NCBI GenBank assembly: GCA_040752695.1
Contig: JBFMGO010000013.1
Location: 15,858-79,857 of the forward strand
DNA: 64,000 bases
From: a bacterium
Lineage (GTDB): Bacteria; SZUA-182; DTGQ01
Direction: 5' to 3'
The position numbers were made by a program, and so were the translations under genes. This document shows, one piece after another, positions 52,098-62,351 of the stretch. Below the pieces are notes generated by a model. That model was given only the letters and a program-made list of their open reading frames with translations, was not told the DNA's origin and did no database searches. Numbering within the stretch: position 1 is the first letter of the stretch; each line of letters begins with the position of its first letter.

Positions 52098-54671
52098 TTA
52101 TCCGGCCACAACGATATTCACGATTTTATCCGGTACGACAATCACCTTCCTGATCTGTTTGCCGTCGATCAGTTCGCGAACCCTGTCCAGGTCTTTGGCG
52201 GCTCTTTCCAGATCTTCCCGTGGAGCTCCGGGCTCTGCTGGAAATACTCCCCTCAGTTTGCCATTCACCTGCACAGCGATCTCAATCTCCTCCAGCCTGG
52301 CCAGTTCCTCGTCATAAGCCGGATAGCTGGCCAGGAAGATCGATTCAGTATGGTTGAGGTGATGATACCAGAGCTCTTCGCAGATATGCGGCGCAAAAGG
52401 GGAAAGGGTAATCAGGAATTGTTCAGCTAATTCCCTGGTGAAAGATTCGCGGATCGAGCTTGCCTCATTGATAAATTCCATAAAAGCGCTCACTGCCGTA
52501 TTCAGCTTAAAGGCATTCAGCCTTTCGTCGACCTTTTTGATCAGGCGATGGGTCAATTGCTCCGCTTTCCGGGAAGGCTCCCTGGCTTCAAAATTTCCTG
52601 CTGCCATGAACTGCCAGGCTTTTTTCAAGAATGCATAGCATCCCTTGATACCCTCGTCATTCCACTCCGAGTCAGCGGTCGGATCACCGGCAAAAAGCTC
52701 GTACAGCCGCAAGGCATCAGTGCCGTACTTTTCAACCAGTTCATCCGGATTGACCCCGTTACCCTTGGATTTGCTCATCTTCTCCATGGATTTTTGAAGC
52801 GTGCTCTTGCATATCGGACAGGATACCTCATCCTTGCCAAAATCGTCTTTTATCTGCTCTTCGAATATCCAGCGGTTGCAGGTGCTGCACCGGTATGCGG
52901 TTCTGCAGATCATCCCCTGGTTAAAGAGCTGCTGGAACGGCTCATGAAAAGGAACCGCTCCCTCATCGCAGAGGAATTTAGTCCAGAAGCGGGCATACAG
53001 AAGATGCAAAACAGCGTGCTCGATCCCTCCTACATACATATCTACCGGAAGCCATTGTTTGATATCGGACTCCCTGGCTATGGCCTGATCATAGCGGGGG
53101 GAAGCGTACCTGATGAAATACCAGCTCGAACCTGCCCATTGCGGCATAGTGTCAGTTTCCCTTCTGGCAGGCCCGCCGCAGGCCGGGCAGATGGTATTCA
53201 CCCACTGTGTGATAGCGGCCAGGGGTGATTCGGCGTCACCTGTCGGCTGATAGGACTCGACATCGGGCAGTTTGACCGGCAGTTCGTCTTCCGGCACTGC
53301 CACCGCACCGCACTTTTCGCAGTGAACGATCGGAATAGGTTCTCCCCAGTATCTTTGGCGGGCAAAAATCCAGTCCCTCAGCTTATAATCAACCGTGGCT
53401 TTGCCTTTGCCCTCTTTTACCAGCTCCTGAACGACCCTTTTTTTGGCCTGATCGACGTTCAGGGAATTCAGGTAGTCGGAATTGATCAAGGTGCCGTCGC
53501 CCGTCCAGGCACTGACAAGATTCCCCTCGCCGTCCCTTTCGGCCTGCTCCGAGTAGATTACTTCGACAATGGACAGATCGAACTTTTTGGCAAACTCGAA
53601 ATCTCTCTGATCGTGAGCCGGAACGGACATGATGGCACCGGTTCCATAATCCATCAGCACGTAATCCGAAATAAAGACTGGAACGGGCTTGTTATTGACC
53701 GGATTTATCGCATAACTGCCGGTAAAGGCACCGGTCTTTTCCCTTGTGACTTTTTGCCTGTCCACATAGGACAGGGCCTGGGCCCTTTTGATATACCCGC
53801 TCACCTCGTCCTGTCTTTCCGGAGTCGTCAGCCGGGACACTAAAGGATGTTCAGGCGCAAGGACCATGAAGGTTGCACCAAAAAGCGTGTCCGGTCTGGT
53901 GGTAAAGATGGCGAAGGAGATTTCCTCACGGTCGATCGTCTGGGCTTTGAAATCGACAATGGCCCCTTCAGAGCGGCCTATCCAGTTTCTTTGCATCTCC
54001 TTTACCTTTTCCGGCCAGTTCAGATCGTCCAGATCTTTGAGCAGCCGCTCTGCATAAGCCGTGATTTTGAGCATCCACTGCTTTTTATCTATTCTCTTGA
54101 TGTTCGGACCGCCGCAGCGCTCGCACTTTCCCCCTTCCGTTTCCTCATTGGCCAGAACGACCCTGCAGTCGCTGCACCAGTTCACCGGCTGCTGCTTTTG
54201 GTAGGCAAGTCCTTTTTTGAACATCCTTGCGAATATCCACTGCGTCCATGCATAGTAGTCAGGGTCCGTTGTGCTGATTTCCCGTGCCCAGTCATAGACG
54301 CAGCCTATTTCTTTCAACTGGCGCTTGATATTCTCGATATTCTTCCGGGTACTGATTTTCGGGTGTATTCCTTTCTTGATGGCATCGGTTTCCGCCGGCA
54401 GGCCAAAACTATCCCATCCCATGGGATGAAGCACCTTGAATCCCTTCAAAAGCTTGTAGCGACTCCAGATATCGCTGATAACATATCCGCGCCAATGCCC
54501 TACATGAAGCCCTGAACCGGATGGATAGGGGAACATATCAAGACAATAATAGGGAGGACGATCCTGGTATACCGGGTTATCAACAGAGTACAGTTTCTCT
54601 TCCTCCCACTTACCCCTCCAGTAAGCTTCAAAGGTATTCGGCTGGTAAGAAATATCCCTCGTTTTTTTCAT
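52098..54671 (-). CDS. leuS: Leucyl-tRNA synthetase
   Basis: MFPYPSG.GLHVGH, FTTRPDT, GTGAIM.VPAHD.RD, RQRYWG.PIP, KMSKS; AAGGAG RBS before ATG 54671. Confidence 0.98.
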   Translation of the reverse strand: MKKTRDISYQPNTFEAYWRGKWEEEKLYSVDNPVYQDRPPYYCLDMFPYPSGSGLHVGHWRGYVISDIWSRYKLLKGFKVLHPMGWDSFGLPAETDAIKKGIHPKISTRKNIENIKRQLKEIGCVYDWAREISTTDPDYYAWTQWIFARMFKKGLAYQKQQPVNWCSDCRVVLANEETEGGKCERCGGPNIKRIDKKQWMLKITAYAERLLKDLDDLNWPEKVKEMQRNWIGRSEGAIVDFKAQTIDREEISFAIFTTRPDTLFGATFMVLAPEHPLVSRLTTPERQDEVSGYIKRAQALSYVDRQKVTREKTGAFTGSYAINPVNNKPVPVFISDYVLMDYGTGAIMSVPAHDQRDFEFAKKFDLSIVEVIYSEQAERDGEGNLVSAWTGDGTLINSDYLNSLNVDQAKKRVVQELVKEGKGKATVDYKLRDWIFARQRYWGEPIPIVHCEKCGAVAVPEDELPVKLPDVESYQPTGDAESPLAAITQWVNTICPACGGPARRETDTMPQWAGSSWYFIRYASPRYDQAIARESDIKQWLPVDMYVGGIEHAVLHLLYARFWTKFLCDEGAVPFHEPFQQLFNQGMICRTAYRCSTCNRWIFEEQIKDDFGKDEVSCPICKSTLQKSMEKMSKSKGNGVNPDELVEKYGTDALRLYELFAGDPTADSEWNDEGIKGCYAFLKKAWQFMAAGNFEAREPSRKAEQLTHRLIKKVDERLNAFKLNTAVSAFMEFINEASSIRESFTRELAEQFLITLSPFAPHICEELWYHHLNHTESIFLASYPAYDEELARLEEIEIAVQVNGKLRGVFPAEPGAPREDLERAAKDLDRVRELIDGKQIRKVIVVPDKIVNIVVAG

Positions 54672-54907
54672 AATTTCACTCCTTAATCCAGTTTTTTCCA
54701 TTTTTAGCGTAAAGAAGCAAACGAAGTAAGAGGCGTAGAAAGGTGCAGAAGTTTCATATGCACGCAAGGTTTCATAAGCAGACGTGATCATAGCACTAAA
54801 AGATCAAAAAGTAAAATAGTACGAGGGAATCGAATGCTGGTTGATCGGATATTGAAGAACCCGAAAAAGAGTGCTCCAATATCCGATTCTCTGACGCCAG
54901 TATTCAG

Positions 54908-55570
54908 CTAGATAAGAGCTGTTCCCAGAATGGCGGCAGGCCCCAAAAGGCTTGTAGATGGAGGCGGCAAAGCAGGAATCGTCGGTACCGCAGGGGCCAC
55001 TCCCGCTGATAAGAGCGAAAGCAAAAGAGCCAGGGGTACAGGAAGCGGAGCCGGCGGCGCATAAGCGGAGTAGGCAGTCAGGTAAGACGAATTGGCAATA
55101 GGGACCGTATTGAGGATCCAACTGGATGAGGTTGGCGGCAGATAGTCATAGTCGGAAGGTAAAGAAATGGGAAGGGGCTTGCCTGTGACCGGATCAACCA
55201 GATAATCCGGAGGCCAGGGATTGATGCCGTACAGAGGATCGTAAAAAAGGAGACCTGCCGGAGTATTATAGAGAAGCCAGGGATTCGACCATGCCGGGTC
55301 CCAGGTCAGACCGGGTTGAGAGGGGAGTACCGTTGTCGGGAAAAGATCCGATACGATAGGGGTGGGATCTCCGGAAACAGGGTCAATGGGCGATAAGGCA
55401 GGAGACCACAGCGGCCACAGGGTCTCGTAGGGCGGGAGAGCTACCCAGTTGATAACCTGCGCACTTGACAGACTGCTGATGAAAACAAAACCGATCACCA
55501 GGAGAGCCAGTGATATTCCCTTCATACGGGCAATGACGATGCATTTTTTATTCATGATTATATTTCCCAT
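54908..55570 (-). CDS. Secreted Pro/aromatic-rich hypothetical protein
   Basis: Signal peptide ending SAQ; W/P/Y-rich mature part. Confidence 0.7.
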   Translation of the reverse strand: MGNIIMNKKCIVIARMKGISLALLVIGFVFISSLSSAQVINWVALPPYETLWPLWSPALSPIDPVSGDPTPIVSDLFPTTVLPSQPGLTWDPAWSNPWLLYNTPAGLLFYDPLYGINPWPPDYLVDPVTGKPLPISLPSDYDYLPPTSSSWILNTVPIANSSYLTAYSAYAPPAPLPVPLALLLSLLSAGVAPAVPTIPALPPPSTSLLGPAAILGTALI

Positions 55571-55597
55571 ATATTATTTCCCTTACTTTTTAATCTA

Positions 55598-56044
55598 TTA
55601 TAATAAGAAAGATAACAACGTATAGGGTGAAGTACCTGCCAGAACAAGCGAAGTGAGGGCACCGTAAGTTGTGGTGGTTGCAAGAGGCAGAACGGGTGCC
55701 GGCGCTGTAGCAGGAATAAGGGAAGTGACCGTGAACCCTGCGGGCGTTGTTGATGGGGGAATCACGCTGACTACCGGCGCAGCGGCAGTAACGGCCACAG
55801 GAGTTGTCGTGGTGACTACGGCGGCGGACCGGGATAAGGGCAAAAGCGATGGAGCGATGAATAACGGAACACGGGGAGCCGCCAAGGCCACGACCGGCGC
55901 AGGCGCAGGAGGGGGATACCAGGGGTTATAGAGAAACGTGGGGTATACCTGGGCGACAGGAGATGGAGCGGTCACCAGGTGAAATGAAACAAATATCAAT
56001 AAAACGAATATAACGAATAAGACAGATTTCCTCCATTGCTTCAT
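55598..56044 (-). CDS. Secreted Pro/Thr/Ala-rich hypothetical protein
   Basis: AAGGAG RBS, MKQWRK plus hydrophobic signal, low-complexity body. Confidence 0.65.
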   Translation of the reverse strand: MKQWRKSVLFVIFVLLIFVSFHLVTAPSPVAQVYPTFLYNPWYPPPAPAPVVALAAPRVPLFIAPSLLPLSRSAAVVTTTTPVAVTAAAPVVSVIPPSTTPAGFTVTSLIPATAPAPVLPLATTTTYGALTSLVLAGTSPYTLLSFLL

Positions 56045-56434
56045 ATTCAATTCTCCTTCAAGGTTGCATAAAAGTAATGACAAATCATTACTACTGATAT
56101 TGTCTTTCTGATCATATAACCGGTTACACTACGACCTTTCGGTTTCACCATCCTGGCTGTCTCATGGGACGAGTGATGATAGAGGAACCCCCTATAGCTC
56201 TAGAGGTTACAATCAGTCTAACGGGCGTTAGAGCTTGTTTATTACTATTATTTTATACCTTTGATCCAGGTTTTATCAAATTTATTTATCTGTATTCTCT
56301 GGGTCAGGATAAGGGCGGATGAATCTGCGTTCTTGCTTTTACTGCAAGGGAGGGAGAGGAAAATGAACCAGTATCTTTCTTACAGCGCTTCGAACACTCC
56401 GGACGATCAGGGGGGATTGGTTTTTCAATGAGCT

Positions 56435-56794
56435 TTACCCTATCTCGCTGAGCTCGGCAATGTTCCGCATCTCTTCTTCGGTCGGTTTTTTACCCCGTAT
56501 GGTTCTAAAGAATTGAGGCAATTCTGTAACCAGGTCTTTGTCTCCTGCGCTGATCGGGAGCAAGTGAACGCTTTCAACGGAAGCAAGATCAAAAAAGGTG
56601 TACCAGTCACCGGTACCGGGCTCAAGGCCGAGCTGTGATGCCCACAGGTGCAGCTTGTCATCATCTCTCGTAGGCGGCAGAATGCCCCGCTCAAGCTTGC
56701 TCCAGTTACTTGGATCATGACCGTTTTTTTTGCAAAACTCACACAACCCTATCTTTTGCTTTATTCTTAACTTCTTGATAAATTTTCCAAACAT
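56435..56794 (-). CDS. XRE-family HTH regulator
   Basis: FGKFIKKLR...DPSNWSKLERG..PP; AGGAGG RBS. Confidence 0.8.
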   Translation of the reverse strand: MFGKFIKKLRIKQKIGLCEFCKKNGHDPSNWSKLERGILPPTRDDDKLHLWASQLGLEPGTGDWYTFFDLASVESVHLLPISAGDKDLVTELPQFFRTIRGKKPTEEEMRNIAELSEIG

Positions 56795-57058
56795 GGACAG
56801 TGACCTCCTTTACTGTTTGATAATTATCAAGTGCGTGTTCTAAAATTTAACACCATATACATAATCGGTATTTTTTAAAATATTGTCCATTCGTTTTGAA
56901 TAGCATCCATTCTTTGGAAAGGTCTTTTTGGATTTACAAAAAGAATTATCATGATACGTTTTGAACCACAAAGAACATCATGTATGCTATGATAAAAATC
57001 CTGGCAGCAGCCAAAAGACAGCCGGTTCTGGTACCAGACTTTTACAAGGAGGGAAATC

Positions 57059-58252
57059 TTGTCACATTTTCTTTTTATCTTTACTTTTTTGGCAATATAC
57101 GGCGGCATTCACGCTTATGCTTACAGCAAAGTACAATCTGCCTTCCATCTGACATCAGTCGCCCAGGCAGTTCTTCTGATGCTCATGGCTTTAATGGTAT
57201 CCGCTCCGATCCTGATCCATCTCCTCAACAAGAGGGGGCTGACGATTACAGCCCGCTTTGCAGCTTATCTGGGATTTACGTGGATGGGGTTTCTCTTCCT
57301 CTTTTTTTCGATATTTCTGGCAGCCGATCTCTATAACCTGTTGGCACGACTTGTCGGGACAGTCTTTCGGTACGATAGTGCACAATTTGCTTTAGCAGGA
57401 AGAAGCTCCTTTTTTCTCCTGGCCCTTTTGGTTGTGGCTGTGGGATGTTACAGTATTTTCGATGCTCAAAGGATCAGAACCGAAAGGGTAGTCCTTACCA
57501 CTTCCAAGCTCCCTGAAGGAGTCAAGCGTGTTACCATGGTCCAAATAACCGATGTCCATCTGAGTCCTCTGGTGAGCCGTCAATTTCTGGAAAAGCTCAT
57601 AGGGGTCATTCGTGATGCCGGGCCCGATATTCTGGTCTCGACAGGAGACCTGGTGGATATGGAAATCAGCCAGATAATGGACATGGCTGATCTATTCCAG
57701 GAGATTAAGCCCCGATATGGTAAATTCGCCATTATGGGCAACCATGACTTTTATGCAGGCATTGATGCGGCTATGGATTTTACCACACGGGCGGGATTCA
57801 GGGTTCTTCGTGGAGAAGGGATAACGGTTGCAGGCATTCTCAATATGGCAGGCGTCGATGATCATGCGGATGCCCGTTTCGGGCAAACGACAGTCCGCCG
57901 CACCGAGAGGGAGATTCTTGCTTCACTGCCGCAAGGCCCTTTTACCGTTTTTTTAAAGCATAGGCCGGACGTCATGGAGGATAGTACCGGACTTTTTGAT
58001 CTTCAGTTAAGCGGCCATACGCATGGAGGGCAGATTTTTCCCTTTACATGGATTATCCACTTCTTCTACCCGATGCAAAATGGATTATACACACTTCCTC
58101 CTCATTGTTATCTCTATACCAACACCGGAGCCGGAACCTGGGGACCTCCCATGCGCTTTCTTGCTCCGCCCAGGATTACGGTTATCGAGATAAACAACAC
58201 AGAACCAGAAGCGCACTATTTTCGTCTACCGGGTACAGGTTCCTACAGGTGA
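57059..58252 (+). CDS. Membrane-anchored metallophosphoesterase (YkuE-like)
   Basis: 4 TMs; DVH, GDLVD, GNHD, HRP, SGHTHGGQ, GTWGPPMR. Confidence 0.93.
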   Translation: MSHFLFIFTFLAIYGGIHAYAYSKVQSAFHLTSVAQAVLLMLMALMVSAPILIHLLNKRGLTITARFAAYLGFTWMGFLFLFFSIFLAADLYNLLARLVGTVFRYDSAQFALAGRSSFFLLALLVVAVGCYSIFDAQRIRTERVVLTTSKLPEGVKRVTMVQITDVHLSPLVSRQFLEKLIGVIRDAGPDILVSTGDLVDMEISQIMDMADLFQEIKPRYGKFAIMGNHDFYAGIDAAMDFTTRAGFRVLRGEGITVAGILNMAGVDDHADARFGQTTVRRTEREILASLPQGPFTVFLKHRPDVMEDSTGLFDLQLSGHTHGGQIFPFTWIIHFFYPMQNGLYTLPPHCYLYTNTGAGTWGPPMRFLAPPRITVIEINNTEPEAHYFRLPGTGSYR

Positions 58253-58566
58253 GTTACTATCCAGCTCATACTCACGATAAAAACGAGTACAGGCCTTAGA
58301 ATATCAAAATTATGCCTGGCTCCACGGATAGCATCATTAGCGTCCTGAAGCGGAGTACGGTATAATGACCTGATTACCCTGATATATGCCAAAAGAAACG
58401 ACCCGAGAGCGAAAAGCCACGCTAAAGCCGTTATATATCCATTGATTGCCAAATACCTGATACAATTATATAACATCAGCCACGAACCCCTCTTATATTC
58501 ACTCACTAACCATCTATTCATTTTCAACCGGCCCGCATCCCCCGATTGAAGGAAGGATACAGGCAC
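58243..58566 (-). CDS. possible small membrane protein
   Basis: ORF with two hydrophobic segments only; no recognised motif. Confidence 0.25.
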   Translation of the reverse strand: MPVSFLQSGDAGRLKMNRWLVSEYKRGSWLMLYNCIRYLAINGYITALAWLFALGSFLLAYIRVIRSLYRTPLQDANDAIRGARHNFDILRPVLVFIVSMSWIVTHL

Positions 58567-58864
58567 GACATCTCAACACTCCACCTTCCATCATATCTCA
58601 TATGGGGTGGAGATACTTCCCCCGTCCTCATCGCTCCTTCAGTGTCTTATCTGAAGAGCTAAAATAAAGAAAACTATTAACTCTGGTCGAGAATAGCACT
58701 ATACATAAATAGTATAGCCGGATGTTTACTTGAAAGTCAAACAAATTTGACCTGCAAAAAAATCAGGAAGAGATTCCGGGACCCAATTTTCTTAAAAATG
58801 ATATGACAAGGATTTTGGTTTCTTGTATAATATAAATACTTTTATGATATATCGAGGTACAAAT

Positions 58865-60922
58865 ATGAAAAGTAAAGCAAGACCTAAAAATCAATTTATA
58901 CCAGAAAAAACAGATGAAAAATGGACAGACTCACATCCCGGCCGGCTTCATGAACTGATGAAAGAGCAGATAGCCCGGTCTGAGGCAGTCAATGAACAAC
59001 TGAGGCAGGAGATTACCGAGCTCAGAAGGACAGAGGAAATACTGAGAATCAATGAAGAGAAATACCGCTCTTTATATTTCTCGATGAGCAAAGCCGCTGC
59101 CTTCCATGAAGTAATCTATGATCAGGCAGGCCAGGCTGTGGATTACATGGTGCTGGATGTTAACCCATTATATGAAGCCATGGTCGGATTGCAAAGAGAA
59201 ATGATCATCGGCAGAAAAGCATCCGAGATTTACGGTACTGACAGGGTGCCACACCTTGAAATTTATGAAAAGGTAGCTGCCACAGGACATCCGACTTCAT
59301 TCGAAGTGTTCTTCTCTTCACTGGGGAAATACCTGATTATCTCTGTCTTTTCATCCTGGCCAGGACGGTTTGCCACTCTGTTTACCGACATTACCGAGTA
59401 CAAACAGACAGAGGAGGCCTTAAAAGAATCCGAATCCGAGTACTCAAATCTGGTGAACAAGGCCAAAGATAGTATAGCCATTGTCCAGGAAGGGCTTCTT
59501 CAGTTTGTTAATGAGGCTGCGGAAAAAATGACCGGCCATACGGTCGAGGAGTTGAGAGGGAAACCGTTTCACGACCTGATAGCTCCTGATTACAGAGAAC
59601 TGATCAGCAGAAAACATACGCTGCTTCTTGCAGGCGCAGAACCTCCCTCCATCTGTGAGGCAAAACTGAAAACCAAAGACGGGCTCACCAGGGATGTGGA
59701 GTTTTCCGTCAGTATTATCCAGTATCATGGAAAGCCAGCCCTCATGGCTATCGTCCGTGATATTACCGAACGCAAGAAAATGGAAGAGGAATTACAAAGG
59801 ATTCAGAAGCTTGAATCCATCGGCACTCTTGCCGGAGGCATTGCCCATGATTTCAATAACCTGTTAACGGCCATCGGCGGCAACCTTTCCTTTGGAAAAA
59901 TGCAGGCCAAAGAGGAGAGCAGTATGTATGAAATATTGACCGAGGCGGAAAATGCATGCCAGCAGGCCAAAAATTTGACACAGCAACTCCTCACCTTTTC
60001 CAAGGGTGGCGAGCCGATCAAAAAAGCCGCATCCATCCCGGAATTGGTAAAGGATACGGTGAGCCTCGCCCTCTGTGGTTCTAAGGTAAAATACGAACTA
60101 TCCTTTCCGGACGATCTGTGGCAGGTTGAAATCGATAAGGGGCAGGTAAGTCAGGCTATCGGTAACCTGGTGATCAACGCAGACCAGGCCATGCCTGAGG
60201 GCGGTGTAATCAGCATCAGGGCTGAAAATATGATGGTTAGGGAAAATAATAAATTATCTCTCAAGGGCGGCAGGTATGTAAAAGTGTCCGTAAAGGATCA
60301 GGGAGTCGGCATCCAGAGCGAGCATCTCCAGAAGATATTCGACCCCTACTTTACCACCAAACAAAACAGAAGCGGTCTGGGACTGGCCACCGCCTATGCC
60401 ATTATCAAAAAACATGCAGGATACATTACCGTAGAGTCGAGGGTGAAAGGCGGAACAACCTTCTCTCTTTTTCTTCCCGCTTTAGACGAACAGACCCAAG
60501 GGGTGAATGTCCCGGTCAAGGAAAAGCTCTTCCACGGCCAGAGGAAAATTTTATTCATGGATGATCAGAAGATTATCAGAGATATGGTAAGGAGGATGCT
60601 GGCTCATTTAAAATATGAGGTTGAACTGGCCAGCGATGGCCATGAGGCGGTAGAGTTGTTTAAGAAAGCAAAAGCATTAAAACAGCCTTTTGACGCCGTT
60701 ATCCTGGACTTAACCATTCCAGGCGGACAGGGAGGCAAGGAAGCCATCCAGATACTGCGTGAAATAGACCCCCAGGTGAAGGCCATTGTTTCAAGCGGCT
60801 ATTCAAATGACCCGGTGATGTCCGACTATAAACGCTACGGCTTCAGCGGAGTGGTTGTCAAGCCATACGACTTTGCAGAATTGACTGAAGCGCTATCCAG
60901 GCTGATAAGCAGCCGACCATGA
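58865..60922 (+). CDS. Cytoplasmic hybrid histidine kinase (2 PAS, HisKA, HATPase, REC)
   Basis: PAS domains ending DITE, AHDFNNLL, NADQAMP, GLGLA, REC DLTIPGG. Confidence 0.95.
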   Translation: MKSKARPKNQFIPEKTDEKWTDSHPGRLHELMKEQIARSEAVNEQLRQEITELRRTEEILRINEEKYRSLYFSMSKAAAFHEVIYDQAGQAVDYMVLDVNPLYEAMVGLQREMIIGRKASEIYGTDRVPHLEIYEKVAATGHPTSFEVFFSSLGKYLIISVFSSWPGRFATLFTDITEYKQTEEALKESESEYSNLVNKAKDSIAIVQEGLLQFVNEAAEKMTGHTVEELRGKPFHDLIAPDYRELISRKHTLLLAGAEPPSICEAKLKTKDGLTRDVEFSVSIIQYHGKPALMAIVRDITERKKMEEELQRIQKLESIGTLAGGIAHDFNNLLTAIGGNLSFGKMQAKEESSMYEILTEAENACQQAKNLTQQLLTFSKGGEPIKKAASIPELVKDTVSLALCGSKVKYELSFPDDLWQVEIDKGQVSQAIGNLVINADQAMPEGGVISIRAENMMVRENNKLSLKGGRYVKVSVKDQGVGIQSEHLQKIFDPYFTTKQNRSGLGLATAYAIIKKHAGYITVESRVKGGTTFSLFLPALDEQTQGVNVPVKEKLFHGQRKILFMDDQKIIRDMVRRMLAHLKYEVELASDGHEAVELFKKAKALKQPFDAVILDLTIPGGQGGKEAIQILREIDPQVKAIVSSGYSNDPVMSDYKRYGFSGVVVKPYDFAELTEALSRLISSRP

Positions 60923-61429
60923 ACACCATTTCCTCATAGGTAGTCTGCAAATACTACAGAGCGGTTTTCCAGTGCTCAGCCCTGAATCTCATTTCAATTC
61001 CTGGTAGGTAAGCTCCATTTCTTATGCTCATCATTTCAATTCCTGACAGGTAAGCGTCATTTGTAATGCTCATGGTGGTGGACGGCAGTCCATACCGGCT
61101 TGAACGAATCTGCGTGGACAAAGCACTTCAAGCGCTGGCAGAACAGCTCATTACTACGGAAAAGCAATTACGGAGAAGACAAATCCGATTCCTTATAGGT
61201 ATACTCCTAAAAATTTCTAAGACAAGCATCCGGTGATGCCGCTTTTCCAACCTTAATTTCAATTCCTTTCAAGGTATGCTAAAAGCCGGAACGAAAGCTG
61301 CATTCTGCTGCGGCATGCGTTCGGTTATCACGCCTTTTGTCATCGGTCCTCGTAGGTATGCTGATCATGGCACTGTTGGCCACCTGTATTTATCACCTGG
61401 TTTCAATTCCTTATAGGTTCGGCTCGGTT
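60923..61429 (-). CRISPR. Degenerate type I-B CRISPR repeat cluster (7 clear plus 1 vestigial repeat)
   Basis: About 30-bp repeats resembling RTTTCAATTCCTnnnAGGTAnGCT on + at 60923, 60991, 61033, (61125), 61182, 61256, 61339 and 61400; they end in ATTGAAAY on the minus strand; adjacent to cas5. Confidence 0.8.
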
Positions 61430-61496
61430 CGTATACCATCTCATGGATGGAATTGTTTTTCGCGGGACATGCTTGTGTATACACGGGGCTGCAGAG

Positions 61497-62273
61497 TCAT
61501 ATAAAAACAATATCCGTAGTCTGCCCATCATCCGATGAAACAGCGGCGTATTCTTTCAAGTCAGCCTTGAATGGCTTGCCGGATCTTTCATAGATAAGGT
61601 TAGACACTTTCCAGAGCTCCCTGCCCTGTTTAAAAGCAATCGGCATACGATCCTTTACGAAATGGCAGCCTTCGGAGGCAAGGAAATCGATTCCCTGATG
61701 GCCTAACTTTTCCACATTCACCACTGATGAAACCTTTTCAGCCATACCTTTTTTCATATCGTACTTTTTTTCTCCTCTGTAGTGAAAACCGGCAATAAAT
61801 TCCGAGATTCCCAGGTAAAGAGGATAAATACTGTAATCGCTGGCCAGTTGATGCTTCAGACTCCTCATGACGGCCTCATCCGCATGTTTGAAATAGATAC
61901 GGTAGGTAAGGCTGTTGCCCTCTTCCGATGAAAGCACAACCTCCAGCGGCACCTGGTAGGGAACCCTTGATCCCCGGAGAAACCGCACCAGAATGCTTTT
62001 CGGGCTCGAAAAATCATTTTTATTGGTACGTACGTAATTTATTGTCTGCATGATCTTACGCACGGGCTGCTGCACGGATACGGAGATCATTGTTCTTTCA
62101 GGTGACAGGAAATCATAATAATTATCCTTTTCGATACCGAGAATGGCACCGATCACCCCGCGAACGACTGTCGGGGGGGGGAAGTCATAGGTCAGTGAAG
62201 AGGAGTTGGTATAAAATTTTTTGAAATGGGCTAATTTTCCAATAAGGTCGAATACCAGCAGGCTCTGTGTCAT
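61497..62273 (-). CDS. cas5: Type I-B Cas5
   Basis: FDLIGKLAHFKKFYTNSSSLTY.FPPPT...G..GAILG, YPLYLGISEF; GGAGG RBS before ATG 62273. Confidence 0.93.
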   Translation of the reverse strand: MTQSLLVFDLIGKLAHFKKFYTNSSSLTYDFPPPTVVRGVIGAILGIEKDNYYDFLSPERTMISVSVQQPVRKIMQTINYVRTNKNDFSSPKSILVRFLRGSRVPYQVPLEVVLSSEEGNSLTYRIYFKHADEAVMRSLKHQLASDYSIYPLYLGISEFIAGFHYRGEKKYDMKKGMAEKVSSVVNVEKLGHQGIDFLASEGCHFVKDRMPIAFKQGRELWKVSNLIYERSGKPFKADLKEYAAVSSDDGQTTDIVFI

Positions 62274-62351
62274 TGTTCCCTCCGGATCTCTCGTTGGTCT
62301 TAACGCACAACGCCAAACTCCTGCGCGTCTTATCATATCCTGACTCCTGCA

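Noticed and set aside
56435..56794. Prophage/ICE or toxin-antitoxin module around the XRE gene
   Set aside because: No ImmA-like partner, toxin, integrase or att site is visible
58770..58780. Self-target of guide C (GAGATTCCGGG vs GAGATTCAGGG) in the neighbouring kinase promoter
   Set aside because: A 10/11 match is expected by chance in a window this size, and the flank shares no PAM with the other hits
61430..61500. cas3 start overlapping the cas5 stop (ATGA)
   Set aside because: The frame closes after 19 codons with no HD motif
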